Origin: the human T2T-CHM13v2.0 reference genome, Homo sapiens
Strand: one strand, 5' to 3'
Length of the DNA stretch: 64,000 nt
Assembly (NCBI RefSeq): GCF_009914755.1
Contig: NC_060944.1
In this document: positions 13,300 through 24,930 of the stretch, piece after piece
How positions within the stretch are numbered: position 1 is the first letter of the stretch
How the letters are laid out: every line of letters starts with the position of its first letter
Made by a program: the position numbers and the translations under genes
The notes under the pieces: generated by a model
What the model was told of the DNA's origin: nothing
Seen by the model: only the letters and a program-made list of their open reading frames with translations
Databases searched by the model: none

Positions 13300-13783
13300 G
13301 GGAAATGGAATGTGTGTTTTCCTTTTATGGAACCACGCTTCTCCTGTTTTTGGTCCAGGGGGTTTGAGAGAGGCTGACTCCATCCCTATCCATAAGAGAA
13401 CCTCCCTGGACCTGGCCTAGACAGCCAGTTTTTCCTGTTTCTTTGACTATAGTAATTTGTTCAGGGATGGGCATGACTCATCAAGCAAAGAAGACTTGAG
13501 ACTTGTGCTTAGGGGACTCCTTTTTTGGGAAAGAGCTCTCTCTGCCGGAACAACAAGCTGATCAGAGGTGAGCCTGGTGCTGCTAGTGGCCACCAGAATA
13601 AAGGGGGAAATTGCCCCAGAATAAAGTCAATGGGAATGAATGTAAATTGAATGATGACATTGGGGCACCTGTATTTGGCCTGGTCCTAGGTCGTTGGGTT
13701 ATGAGAGTCCATTGTTTTCTCATTTTTAATAGACCAATTTGTATCAGGTTTCTGTCACAACCAAAAGAGCCCTGGCTGATGCA
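13300..13783 (+). mobile_element. MLT1K/L-like MaLR LTR
   Basis: TTCAGGGATGGGCATGAC, GAGCCTGGTGCTGCTAGTGGCCA and the terminus GTTTCTGTCACAACCAAAAGAGCCCTGGCTGATGCA. Confidence 0.65.
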
Positions 13784-14599
13784 TCTTGAGTCTCACTCCC
13801 CAATCTGGGTTTCACAGATTGCTTGTGATGCTGGCCTGGTGCTCAGAGCTGATGGTGGTGTTTCTAAAAGGTGATTGGCAGCCCTGCAGGTAGTGTTCCT
13901 GTGACACTGGGCCAAGTGACTCACGATGCCCAACGCGTTCACCAGGGATCGTCTCACGCAGGTGGTTGGTTTAACTCAGCAGATGGTGCCACCAGCCTCA
14001 TCCTGAGCCAAAACTCAGAACAGCTGGTCGCCCCATCTCCTGTTGCTTCCCAAGGATGCAGAGAACTCTACTTGGAGACTCTTCAAGGCCTGTTCAGAGG
14101 TTCTGCCATTCATTTTCTGCCAACCACGCTGGCCCTGGTTCCAGCAAATGGCTGGCTGCACCTCCCCTCACAGGCCCTCTTGTGGAAATAGGACCAGGAA
14201 GCTGCCTGCTTGGGTTTTAGTTTTGTCTTTATTTATAAAAATAGAGTAAATCAAATATGTTGCAAGGAATTCCAGTGTGTGAATGATAAAACAGAAAACT
14301 CTTCCTGCAAAACATACAGAGCATTGTGGTTCCAATAGGCTGGGAAACGCTGGTTGCAACAGAGTAGATTTTTGTGCTGCAGGGGCAACGTGGTGCTGCT
14401 AACTGCTAACACACATGGGCTGTGACCTGACCAGGCAGGGGTGCCGGCAGCTTTTGCCAACCCAACTTGCCCATAGGACCTTGGCTTGGAGAGCGTCTCT
14501 GGGGATTACATGTTCTGCAGAGCACTCCTTGAGAATGTCTCAAGGATGAAGATGCAAAAGGATCTTCTCCCCTCCCTGGGGTGCATCTGTAGCCTTGAA

Positions 14600-14765
14600 A
14601 AGTCCAGCATGAGAATCAGGGTTCCATTGTTTACCTTGCTTATCTGCCAGCTTCAGGAGGGCAGATGCCTGCCTGCCTCATTTGCTGCTCTGTCTCCAGC
14701 ACCTGCCACGATGCCGATGCGTGGTTGGCACTGGATGGAAGCCTGTTGAAAGAGGCAGTGAATGG
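14600..14765 (+). mobile_element. L2 3' fragment
   Basis: AGCTTCAGGAGGGCAG...GCTGCTCTGTCTCCAGCACCTGCCACGATGCC...TGTTGAA. Confidence 0.5.
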
Positions 14766-14859
14766 TGTACGGATGAGGCCACATGTGCTTAGCATGGAAG
14801 TGAGGCGAATTGATGCAGCAGGCAGGCTTTCTGTGGCCTCTGAAGGGCCGTGGTGTGAA

Positions 14860-15020
14860 GGGAGGGATTAGTTATACTCCTTGTGGCTTTAGAAACCAGA
14901 AGTGGGGTCCATGGGTGGGCTTGTTGTAGAAGAGGAATTCAGCTCAGGATAAAATAGGCTTTTCTAGCAGTTGGTAGCAGCTCAACAAGCAATGCGCTGC
15001 CTCCAGAGCTGGGAACATAT
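14860..15020 (+). mobile_element. L3/CR1 3' fragment
   Basis: GGTCCATGGGTGG...ATTCAGCTCAGGATAAAATAGGCTTTTCTAGCAGTT...GCTGCCT resembles the CR1/L3 3' end. Confidence 0.5.
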
Positions 15021-15396
15021 GAGGATTATTTTAGAAGGATTTGTGCCTCAGATTTAGGCTCGCCCACTATTATTTTTGATGGTAAGTCTGAGTCTACAAT
15101 CATGTTGAGATAGCCATGTGTTCTTTCCCTGTAACTTCTTAATATATGATTTAAGCTGTTTCTGAAAGCTGTTGGCATTGAACTCCATGTTTATCGAGTC
15201 GACTTCAAATATTTGAAGGTGTTGGTAATGTTTGTTATTTGCCCCGAGAAGCCCTGAATCCATACTGCTGGGTACAGTTTGGCTTTCTTTCATAATTTCA
15301 ACATATATAAAAATAAGATAATACAATAAAGTGATTGAAGAAAAAAAGTGCTTCCATTTTCAGCAGTTCATTTACAGAGTGGCTGCTTTCTTGGTG

Positions 15397-15760
15397 TTGT
15401 TGAGTTTTAGGGTGTGTCTCCCAGAAGTACAACCTGATAAGAGGATGCCTGTGCAAGGGCTTTATCAAGAAAGTGATCCCTGGGGAGACTGGCAGGAGGG
15501 AGTAAGAACAGCACGAGGATGGGGGGAAGCGAGCAGGGTGTGATCTCAGGTAAAGCCATGCAGACACAGAGCAGGCTTCCCTGATCCCGCAGGTGGATTC
15601 TGGAGTCTAAAAACATCTCCATCCTGTCACCATCAGAGACAAGATGGGGGAGTTGTCACACTCATACACTGCTGGAGAATGCTCTAGTTCTTAGACAGTA
15701 CTTGCATAAGTATCAAGAGTGAAGTTCCATGGTGTCTGAACTAGCTCTCAAATGCTGCAG
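15397..15760 (-). mobile_element. LTR16-like ERVL LTR
   Basis: CCCAGAAGTACAACCTGATAAGAGGATGCCTGTGCAAGGGCTTTATCAAGAAAGTGATCCC is typical of antisense LTR16. The right boundary is uncertain. Confidence 0.55.
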
Positions 15761-16674
15761 CAAAGAAAAAAAAAGTAGACAAAAAGAGAGAAAAGAAAAA
15801 TAAAACAGTGTATGCATGCTATAAATGATTCTTCAGCAAAAATATCTCTATATAAATATCTATATATAGATACATAAAGCAGACACAATGTGGCAAATGA
15901 GTGTTTAAGTGAAAGTCCATTGTTTCAACTTTTCTATAGGTTTGTAATTTTCCAGACAAAAAGAAGAAGAATTAACCATGATTCCACCTTCCAAAAATAA
16001 ACACTGCCATTTCTGTTCATATTTTGGTCTGTAGTATTTCCTTCCTACTGTGGGTGTATGTGTGTAGGTGTGTGTGTGTGTAGAAGATGTATTGAAAGTT
16101 GCTCTCAGAGTGGGAAAGGGTAAAATGAAACTATGGTGATATTTACACAGGGAACCCATGAACACCCAAATCCTCCCTTAGCCCAGACACTCCTTCACCA
16201 TAAAACAACACAGATCCCAGTGAGCTGGTTCACACTAGTGGCGGCCTTCTTTACTTGGTCAAGGTTTGCTGGAACGCCTGTTGTCCTCAGTAAATCCACC
16301 CAAGTCCTTGGTTTGATGGAGTCCAGGAGGGTGGCTGGGGCAGGGCACGCTAGCTGCAGAGCCAAGGTCTTCCCAGCAAAATGGGAGACCCTGGAACCAC
16401 TTGTCCCATGAGGCCTCGCATGCAAAGGAAGAGAGAGGCGGTGATTTTCTTCACAGGTCCTATGGAAAGAAAACAAGAGATGCCATGTGCTGGGACCTTG
16501 GTTACTTTCTCAAGTTTTCTGAACTTAGGCAATTCTTCTAAGGTACAGATCAGTGTGTCTTGCCCTTAGACCCAAGTCACCTTTGGGGAGGAAGAAGGAA
16601 GAGGCTAAGCCCGGAGTCTTGATGCCATCAAAGAGATAATGGGATAGCCACCACGGTGCTGTATGTAACCTGCT

Positions 16675-17070
16675 TTATTTATTTGGTTATTTGTAAGTTG
16701 ATAGACTTTGTTTTTAGGGCAGTTTCAGTTTTACAGAAAAAATGAGTGGAAAGTACAAAGAGTTCCCACATGCCAAGTTCACCCCCTACCAGTTTCCCTA
16801 TTATTAACAGCTTGCAGTACTGTGCTGCATTAGGTACAATCTGTGAGCCAATATTGATACGCTATTATTAACCAAAGCCCATAGTTTGCATTAGGGTTCA
16901 CTCTTAGTGTTATACTTCTGTGGGTTTTGACAAATGTATAATGACATGTATCCACCATTACAGGATCATACAGAGTCGTTATTGCCCTAAAGACCCTCTG
17001 TGCTCGGCCTGTTCTTTCCTTTCTTCCTCCCCCAGAATCCTTGGCAACCACTGATCTTTTCATTTCCAAC
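16675..17070 (-). mobile_element. L1MC-type 3' end
   Basis: GCAGTTTCAGTTTTACAGAAAAAATGAGTGGAAAGTACAAAGAGTTCCCA...TTAGGGTTCACTCTT...GGCAACCACTGATCTTT. Confidence 0.8.
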
Positions 17071-17175
17071 ATACCATGAACATTTTCTTATGCCATTATA
17101 TATTATTTAAAAATAAGCTTTTTAAAGATTTACTTTAATGTTCTCTAGTTATTATATATATTTTTAAAGACATGC

Positions 17176-17247
17176 ATTTTTTAATTTCAATGTTCATTTT
17201 AGATACAGGGGGTACATGTGCAGATTTGTTACATGAGTACGTTACAT
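17176..17247 (-). mobile_element. Short L1PA15/16-like 3' tip
   Basis: TTTTAGATACAGGGGGTACATGTGCAGATTTGTTACATG. Confidence 0.7.
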
Positions 17248-17249
17248 AC

Positions 17250-17550
17250 CGGCTGGGCACAGCCGCTCATGCCTGTAATCCAAGCACTTTGGGAGACCAT
17301 GAGAGGATCACTTGAGGCTGGCAGTGTGAGACCGGCCTGGGAAACATAGTGAGACCCCATTTCTACAAAAGAAAGTTAAAAATTAGCTGGGTGTGGTGGT
17401 GCACACCTGTAGTCTCAGTTACTCAGGAGGCTGAAGCGGGAGGATTGTTTGAACTCAGGAGTTTGAGGCTGCAGTGAGTCATGATTGCACCACTGTACTC
17501 CAGCCTGGGCAACAGAGAAAGATCTTGTCTTTAAAAAACAAAAACAAAAC
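17250..17550 (+). mobile_element. AluJ
   Basis: Dimeric Alu with J-type features and a (CAAAA) tail. Confidence 0.9.
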
Positions 17551-17563
17551 ACATTAAACCATC

Positions 17564-18305
17564 TGTATTAGTTAGAGTTCTGTAGAGGGACAGAACTGAT
17601 GGAATATATATATGTATACTCATATATATACACTCATATATATACTCATATATATACACTCATATATATATATATATATGAGTTTATTAAGTATTAACTC
17701 ACACCATCACAAGGTCTCACAATAGGCCATCTGCAGGCTGCGGAGCAAGGAGAGCCAGTCTGAGTTCCAAAACTGAAGAACTTAGAGTCTGATGTTCGAG
17801 GGCAGGAAGCATCCAGCACAGGAGAAAGATGTAGGCTGGGAGGTTAGGCCAGACTCCTTTTTCTGTTTTTTTTTTGTTTTTTTTTTATTATACTTTAAAT
17901 TCTAGGGTACATGTGCACAATGTGCAGGTTTGTTACACATGTATATATGTGCCATGTTGGTGTGCTGCACCCATTAACTCGTCATTTACATCTGGGTGGG
18001 TACAATCTAATCAGCTGCCAGCATAGCTAGAATATAAGCAGGCAGAAAAATGTGAAAAAGGAGTCTGAGATACCATCTCAGATGATTATATTCTAGCTAT
18101 GCTGCTTATATTCTAGCTATGCTGCTTATATTCTAGCTACGCTGGCAGCTGATTAGATTGTACCCACCCAGATTAAGGGTGGGTGTGCCTTTCCCATCCC
18201 AATGACTCAAATGTTAATCTCCTTCAGCAACACCCCCACAGACCCAGTATCAATACTTTGTATCCTTCAATCCACTCAAGTTGACACCCTGTATTAACAC
18301 TCACA
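17564..18305 (-). mobile_element. MLT2A (HERV-L) solo LTR containing a TA-rich microsatellite, an L1PA fragment and a local rearrangement
   Basis: TGTATTAGTTAGAGTTCT...GAGTTTATTAAGTATTAACTCACA...CAAGTTGACA...CACA. TG/CA termini and a 5-bp TSD CCATC at 17559-17563 and 18306-18310. Confidence 0.9.
17864..17991 (-). mobile_element. Very short L1PA (L1PA5-like) 3' end inserted in MLT2A
   Basis: Poly-T, then TTATTATACTTTAAATTCTAGGGTACATGTGCACAATGTGCAGG...CCCATTAACTCGTCATTTACAT. Confidence 0.9.
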
Positions 18306-18384
18306 CCATCTACGGTTGGGCATTTAGGCCATTTTCAGTTTTTCACTCTACTGTCACATTGCTGTGATGAACATCCCTTCACAT

Positions 18385-18595
18385 CACGGTTTCCCAACAG
18401 TTGACACTTTGGGAAGGATAATGCTTTGTATGGGATCTGCCCTGGGCATGGTGCGATGTGTGGCAGCACCTCTGGCCCCTACCTCCTAGATGCCAGAAAC
18501 ACCTACCTTCCTCCCCTCAGTTGCAACAACCCAAAATTTGTCCAGACCTTGCTGAATGCCCCTGGGGCAATATTGCTGCTGGTTGAGAAACACTG
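18385..18595 (-). mobile_element. MER20 hAT-Charlie MITE inside an old L1ME fragment
   Basis: Termini CACGGTTTCCCAAC and GTTGAGAAACACTG; degenerate 8-bp TSD CTTCACAT/CTTGACCT. Confidence 0.8.
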
Positions 18596-19054
18596 CTTGA
18601 CCTCCATATATCTGCACACATCTGATTATTTTCTGGAGCTAGGGTCTTGCAAGTGGGATTAGTAATTCAGATTGTTTAAATATTTTTAATTCTTTTGATA
18701 GAGTTTTGTATACTGTCCTTCACAGAGGTGTTTATCCATATATGACAACAAATTATCCTCTTCTCCTTCCAAGGAGAGGCTACTTGGGGAAATGGGGGGA
18801 GTGTGAGGTCTCAGAGGATCTGATCTGTGATATGCAGATGTCTGGGGCCATCCTTGGAGTGATGGGTATGGGCAGAAAGAGCTCTCCACAGGACAATTAA
18901 GTTTGCCTGTTAGTAGCTTTGCCCAGCACCGGCCTGAAATCACCAGGCAGTTAAAGATGCTGATGCTATGTCGTGAGTTGCGATCTTTTGTAAACCTCTC
19001 TTTCCCTCTGGTCATCACATCCCTCCTGGCTGAAGGGAGCCCCAGGAGAGCAGG

Positions 19055-19438
19055 TGATGTGGCTTGGCTATGTCCCCACGCAAATCTCATCTTGAATTGC
19101 ATCAAATCGTTCCCATAATCTCCATGCGTCCTAGGAGGGACCAGGTGGAAGGTAATTTAATCATGGAGGAGGTTACAGTCTTGGTGTTCTCCTGATAGTA
19201 AGTGAGTTCTCATGAGATCTGAGGGTTTTATAAGGGGCTTTTCCCCTTTTTACTCCCTCACTTCTCCTTGCTGATGCCATGTAAAGAAGGACATGTTTGT
19301 TTCCCCTTCCACCATGATTGTACGTTTCCTGAGGCCTCCCCAGCCATGCTGAACTGTGAGTCAATTAAACCTCTTTCCTTTATAAATTACTCAGTCTCAG
19401 GTATGTCTTTGTTAGCAGTGTGGAAACAGACTATTACA
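19055..19438 (+). mobile_element. THE1C/D MaLR solo LTR
   Basis: TGATGTGGCTTGGCTATGTCCCCAC...ATTAAACCTCTTTCCTTTATAAATTAC...GACTATTACA; 5-bp TSD GCAGG at 19050-19054 and 19439-19443. Confidence 0.92.
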
Positions 19439-20636
19439 GCAGGGGAAGCAGTTAGTGGCCTCATAGCACAGCCCAGTGGCCTAGCGTGAGCCCCATGAGG
19501 AATTCAGCCAGGCTCCAGTACTGGGTCCTCAAAAGGGGCAGATGAGGCTGAGCTGGTGACTGTACAGGCAGCTGCCTGATGAGAAGGGACTCCTTAAAAC
19601 TAATTTAACAAAAAGTAGGTCTTCCAGCTGGCAGTGGCTTGGGCGTGAGGAACCAGACTTGACCTGACGTCTCACCCATGCTTTGTGACCAGCCCCCTCC
19701 AAGCCCCACCACGGCCCTGCCTCGCCTGCATTTTGATCCATAAACATGAGGTTTTGCTCATGATTACTTCATTTTCATCAGGAAGGGATTTAATTACCAG
19801 GTCACCGAGAGCAGAGAAATTCCAGACAGCACTTCACGCCTCCAAAATTTGCTCCTAGCTCTCCTCCCACCTGAGGTCTTAAGAACACAAACCCTCTGCA
19901 GATCTGCTGCCTCTTCCTCCTTATTTAGGTGGCTTCTCTTCAAGATTCCCCTTTCCTCTAAGTTTGCTGATTTAGATCAATCTATTTTCACCAGCTATGA
20001 AGCTTTTCCCTCCTCTAGTCAATACATGCCCCTTTTGATCAATATTCTTCTCTCTGCTAAAATTGTGTTTGTGTTTCTGTGTTGCAATCTTCTTTGTGCA
20101 CATGTACCAGGAGCTGTGGGTATGTAGAAGCATGAATTGTCCACATCCCGAATCCCCTCCTGGGGAGTTTGCTGCCCCATGTTTAAAGGGAATTTACGTC
20201 CCCCTCCTGCCATGAGTTCCCACAATGGTCAGTCACTCCAGCCTCACAGCCGCCCTCATATCTCACTGTGCGGATGGGAGGTGGAGTCCACTGTGCCACT
20301 CTATGTTGGGATCTGGGGGTTTCTCCCAACATAGACTCATGGTTGGGGTAGCTGTGTGGAGACATCACCTCTCACTTCCCTCATCCTCATGTATCCAGTG
20401 CAGGTGTGCAGGGGCGGCTGATCCTGGAGAATGTGCTTCTCCTCTGCATGTAAGGGAGGCTCCATCTGTAAGGGTCACTGGCTGTGAGCTAAGCCAGATC
20501 CTTGCATGCCAGCTTTCAGTGCTCATTGGTACCAGCCACAGCTCCTTGTGAGTGCTTTAGGAACACAAGTCTCACCTTAACCTTCTTAATAAATCTCATT
20601 TGGCCATAAAATAGTAGGTGCTCACTAAATATGCTA

Positions 20637-22123
20637 CAGTAGTCCCCTCTTATATGCAGGGATTAATTTCTTAGACCTCTACTAGAGGCCTGAAATCAAG
20701 TATAGTACTGAACCCTATATATAATATGCTTTTGTCTTACAAACACATACCTGTGAGACAATTTTATCTATAAATTAGGCACAGAAGGAGATAAATAATA
20801 TCTAATAATAAAATAGAATCCTCATAACAATGTATTTTAATAAAAGTTATGTGAATGCAGTCTCTCTCTCTCAAAATAGATATTGTACTGTACTCACCCT
20901 TCTTCTTGTGCTGATGTGAGACGATGAAGCCCCCAGGTGATGAGATGAGGTGAGGTGAGTGGTGTAGGCATTGTGAGTCACTGTTAGGCTGCTATTGACC
21001 TTTTGACCACAAGTCAGGAGAAAGATCATCTGCTTCGGGGGATCTTGGATTGTGGAGCCATGACGATGTCCTACCGATGGACCAATGTCAGGAACAGAGG
21101 ATGTGGATGACTAATGCGTGGGTAGTGTATACAGTGTGGACGCACTTGAGGACTAAACTCTGATATTTTACTTCTCTTGCCCAAATTCCTATCTAAGGGG
21201 CCTGGGGAGTCTGCTCCACATCTCTTTAGAGGGGTCCTATTTAACATAGCTCACTTTCCAACCCTACTCTGGTATAATATCACATTATAGATAAAGAAGG
21301 AAATCAAAATATTTTACCCCTAAATATATTTATTTGCCATATTTTGAAATGACCTGCAAAGCTATTTTTGCAGGGGACAATTGTCTCTGCAAAGAATCTC
21401 TATTAAAACAGCTGGATCTTTCCCCGTCCCAGGCCCTCCCAATCCTGAAGAGACTAACTGAGCATCTGGCACCTAATAGAGGCCCGAATAGGAAACATTT
21501 GCCATCTACTGTCTCCAAGGGTGGTCACCTATGAGCTTTCATCTATACAACAAGGGACTTGCTCTCCACGACCCCTTATTTTGACCCAGACACGCCTTTC
21601 TAGTGATTCCAGGCCTTTCAATAATAACTTAGCTTTTTCATCCAATTGCCCATCAGAAAATGTTTGAATCCACCTGTGTCCTGTAAGACTCCTTTTCCAA
21701 GTTGTCCTACCTTTCCAAACAGAAGCCATGCACACCCACATGCACTGATTGATGCCTGACGCCTCTCTCAAACATGTAAAACCAAACTGCCTGACCACCT
21801 TGGACACATGTTCTCAGAACCTCTTGAGATTGTGCCCTAGGCCTTGGTCACTCATATTTGGGCAGAATAAACTGCATTAAATATTTTACAGAGTTTGACT
21901 CCTTCCCACGACACCCTGGACAAAGGATGATTTACATCCCAGGTGGGACAGGGCAGGATGGTGCGAGATTTCATCACGTTACTCGGAATGATGCACAATT
22001 TACAACTTATAAATTGTTTCCTTCTGGAATTTTCTAATTAATATTTCCAAAACTCAGTTGTCACCAGGTAACTGAAACCATGGGAAAAAAAAAAAAACCT
22101 GTGGATAAGCAGAGGGTCTACTG
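20637..22123 (+). mobile_element. MER44 (Tigger7-derived) DNA transposon split by an ERV1 LTR
   Basis: TIRs CAGTAGTCCCCTCTTAT and ATAAGCAGAGGGTCTACTG, with TA duplications at 20635-20636 and 22124-22125. The internal MER44 sequence resumes after 21913. Confidence 0.85.
21147..21913 (+). mobile_element. MER4D/E-like ERV1 solo LTR
   Basis: TGAGGACTAAACTCTGA...CTTGCCCAAATTCCTATCTAAGGGG start; AATAAA near the end; TTTTACAGAGTTTGACTC...GACA end; imperfect 4-bp TSD CACT/CCCT. Confidence 0.85.
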
Positions 22124-22958
22124 TAATTAAGTCATGGAGAATGCTATCTCATCTCCCCAAGGACTACTGTTTTAAATGGCATTCATTTAATAGGGATCGT
22201 CCAGTTTTCAATAGAAGAAAATAATTACATCTCATTGCTTGAGCAGGGTAACATGGTTAGACAGGTCTGAGTAAGAGCCTTATTTTTAAAACGTATGAAA
22301 ACAAAACTCTCTTTTGTTTATGAAAACTATTTTTAATTTATATTCTTGTCTACATGCACACAGGCCAAACCAGTGACTTGGTGCCTGCATCATGATCTTA
22401 ACAGGACAGCTGATGAGTAAAGAAGAACTCAACTCTGTAGTGGGGAGGTCAGAACAAGAGCTCACATGTATCCCAGTGCCTCCTGAAGCCAAAATGAGCA
22501 AATGCAAGATGGTGGGATGAGAGGTGATGTTTACAGATCTGGATCTTTCTCCACAACTGTAGCCTGTGGGCCCTGGGACCGAGTAAATTAAGATGGAAAC
22601 CATGTGGCTGGCAGCCTCCGAATTGGTTTTATTGCCATATGATGCCTACACCAGGGGAATTGAACAATGTCCTGGACTGAGCCTGAGTCAGAAAGTGAAA
22701 CTTTGACAAAAGGTTTCATAAGTTTCAAAATGATATATAAATTCCCATGGTCCCTTCCGTCAATTCACTCCCAGTCAACACCACCAACTCCTGAAGGACA
22801 TGGGGGATGGAGGGAAGGAAGTATCAACAGAGAGTGGCAACCTTCACAGAGTGTCCTGAGTGGTCTAGGTTTATTCTTCAGTAGTGCAGATAAACTGTGT
22901 CTAAACTCTCTGGGGCTCCAAGTGGGAGCTTCAAATTCTTAAATCTAGATGGACAGTC

Positions 22959-23139
22959 CTGTGGTTCTCTAGGTGTCATTCCTGGACAAGCAGCAGCAGA
23001 TCACCTGGGAAATTTACTGGGAATGCACATTATCAGCTCCCCACAGGCCTCCCGAATCAGAAGCCCAGGGTGAGACCAGCAATCCGGCTTTCATGGCCAG
23101 CAGGGGATCCTGATGCATGCTCAAGTTTGAGAACAACTG
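22959..23139 (+). mobile_element. MER5A
   Basis: CTGTGGTTCTC...CAGCAGCAGATCACCTGGGAAA...AAGTTTGAGAACAACTG. Confidence 0.8.
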
Positions 23140-23334
23140 GGATACACATTCCACATTACCAGCATTCGTAATCTTATTTACGGAGGGCTCTAAATTTCCT
23201 GCTAACTGAACCACTCTAAATTAGCTGAGAATTAAAAGAAGAAGGAATGCTATTACATAAATGAAGGCTATTCAAATCTCCACGCCTTGAGGAACTCCTT
23301 GAGCCCTGGAGGGCAGTGGCAGGGGAGGAAGTAT

Positions 23335-23585
23335 TATAGTAACTGGTGGTTACAGAGCAGAGATTGAGGCCAGTCCTCCTGGGTCAAGCGCATGCACCGC
23401 TGCATCCAGCTGCATGATCGGGGCTAAGTTCCTTAATCTCTTTGTATCTTGTTTCCTTCTTCCATAAAATGCTCATCTATAGCGCCTACCTTATGCAGCT
23501 GTTGGAGGGTTAAATCAGTTGAGTGAAGCATTTAGAAGCTTTCCTGGCCAAGACTAAGCGCTGCTTGTTGTTGTTAGTATTATTT
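23335..23585 (+). mobile_element. MIR SINE
   Basis: GGGCTAAGTTCCTTAATCTCTTTGTATCTTGTTTCCTTCTTCCATAAAATG core. Confidence 0.7.
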
Positions 23586-24587
23586 ATCTGAATTAATTTT
23601 CAGTTCTTCTCCCATTTTTAACAGATCTCAACAGTGCTCTTATCTTCTTCCATAGCAACACGTCAAAAAACAAATGCACCATCATCCTTTCCGTTTAAAT
23701 TAGGAATGTGACCAGATTTAAGGAACAGACATTCAGTTTAAACAAATGAAAAGTTATTTTTCTTGCCTCGGAATCTGAGGCCTGGCAGTTGCTGATGTCT
23801 TTTAGTGACTCATTCATGTGACTCTCCTCTAAGACCCCTTCCTTTTAGCTCTGCAGAGTCAGAACTGGGTCACTCGTGGGTCAGTAGGCCTGGGGTGGGG
23901 GATGAGAATTTAAATGGCCAACAAGTCTGCAGGGACTGCTGCTGCTGCCAGCCTGCAGGCTCCGCTTAAAAGCCAATGCCTTGAATGCATCAGGACTCAT
24001 CATCTGAGACTGGGAACATTGTGCCTTGAAGAAAATCAGGATGGTGTTAGCACGAGTGAAGGGGGACAGATGTGAGGTCTCAACAGGCAGCCCGAGACAC
24101 ATCTCCTTCCAACAGGCTTTGTCCTGACTTTCCTTGCTCTGATGAGGTCACCATCCATGTCCTAATCCCCAGAATTCATGGCACACCCTTGTGGATAACA
24201 ATGACCATCCTCAAGTGCCCAGAGGACACACGGAGGATGCTGAGTTTCGGGGGAATATTTCATATGATGCTGGTAGTGAAAAGAGGTTTCTTCGGCCTGA
24301 AAACTGGTGTTATAGTAGAAACGTGGCACGGCAGCTATAGCCCGCAGGGGCTTCTCCTATCTCTGGACATCCTTCCTTTCTCTGCATGACACCTCTGCAT
24401 GCTGGCTGAGCACCTGCTGACCTCAGAGGGGCATCCTTCTGAGGAAGTTTGTGGTCAGACCAGAAGGCATAACTCTCATAGAGGCAAAATCACTTTGGAA
24501 AATACAAGTAACTTTAATAAATCCCTTCCAATTTGAGAACAGATTATCATGTCTTTATTGAATCCCATATAAAATGATAGAAGTTTA

Positions 24588-24810
24588 TTTTCATTAAACA
24601 TGGACTACGTGCCAGGCACTCTAAAATACCCTAAGTAATGCATTTAATCTTCACAACAACCCACTGAGGAAAGTGCCAGCATCATGCCCGTGGATTGGTG
24701 AGAGAACTGAGGCACAGAGAGGTGAAGGAACTTGCCCAGGTCACACAGCTTGTCAGTGGTGGGGCCAGATTTGAATATAGGTAGTCTGAATTTGGTGCTG
24801 TTTCTCTCCA
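24588..24810 (-). mobile_element. MIR SINE
   Basis: CATTTAATCTTCACAACAACCC...AACTGAGGCACAGAGAGGTGAAGGAACTTGCCCAGGTCACACAGCT. Confidence 0.85.
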
Positions 24811-24930
24811 AAATGAAAGGTCTTGGCTGGCACCTTGGAGTCATATTGTAGGAAAAACACATATCTTCAAGTACCGGAGTCAGAGACTACGGTAAGCTAT
24901 TTCCCTGGAAGAGGCACAGGGGAAACAGGG

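Noticed and set aside
15203-15218. 16-bp palindrome CTTCAAATATTTGAAG
   Set aside because: About one such palindrome is expected by chance in 64 kb.
17604-17679. TA-rich repeat
   Set aside because: It is the normal variable microsatellite region of MLT2A LTRs.
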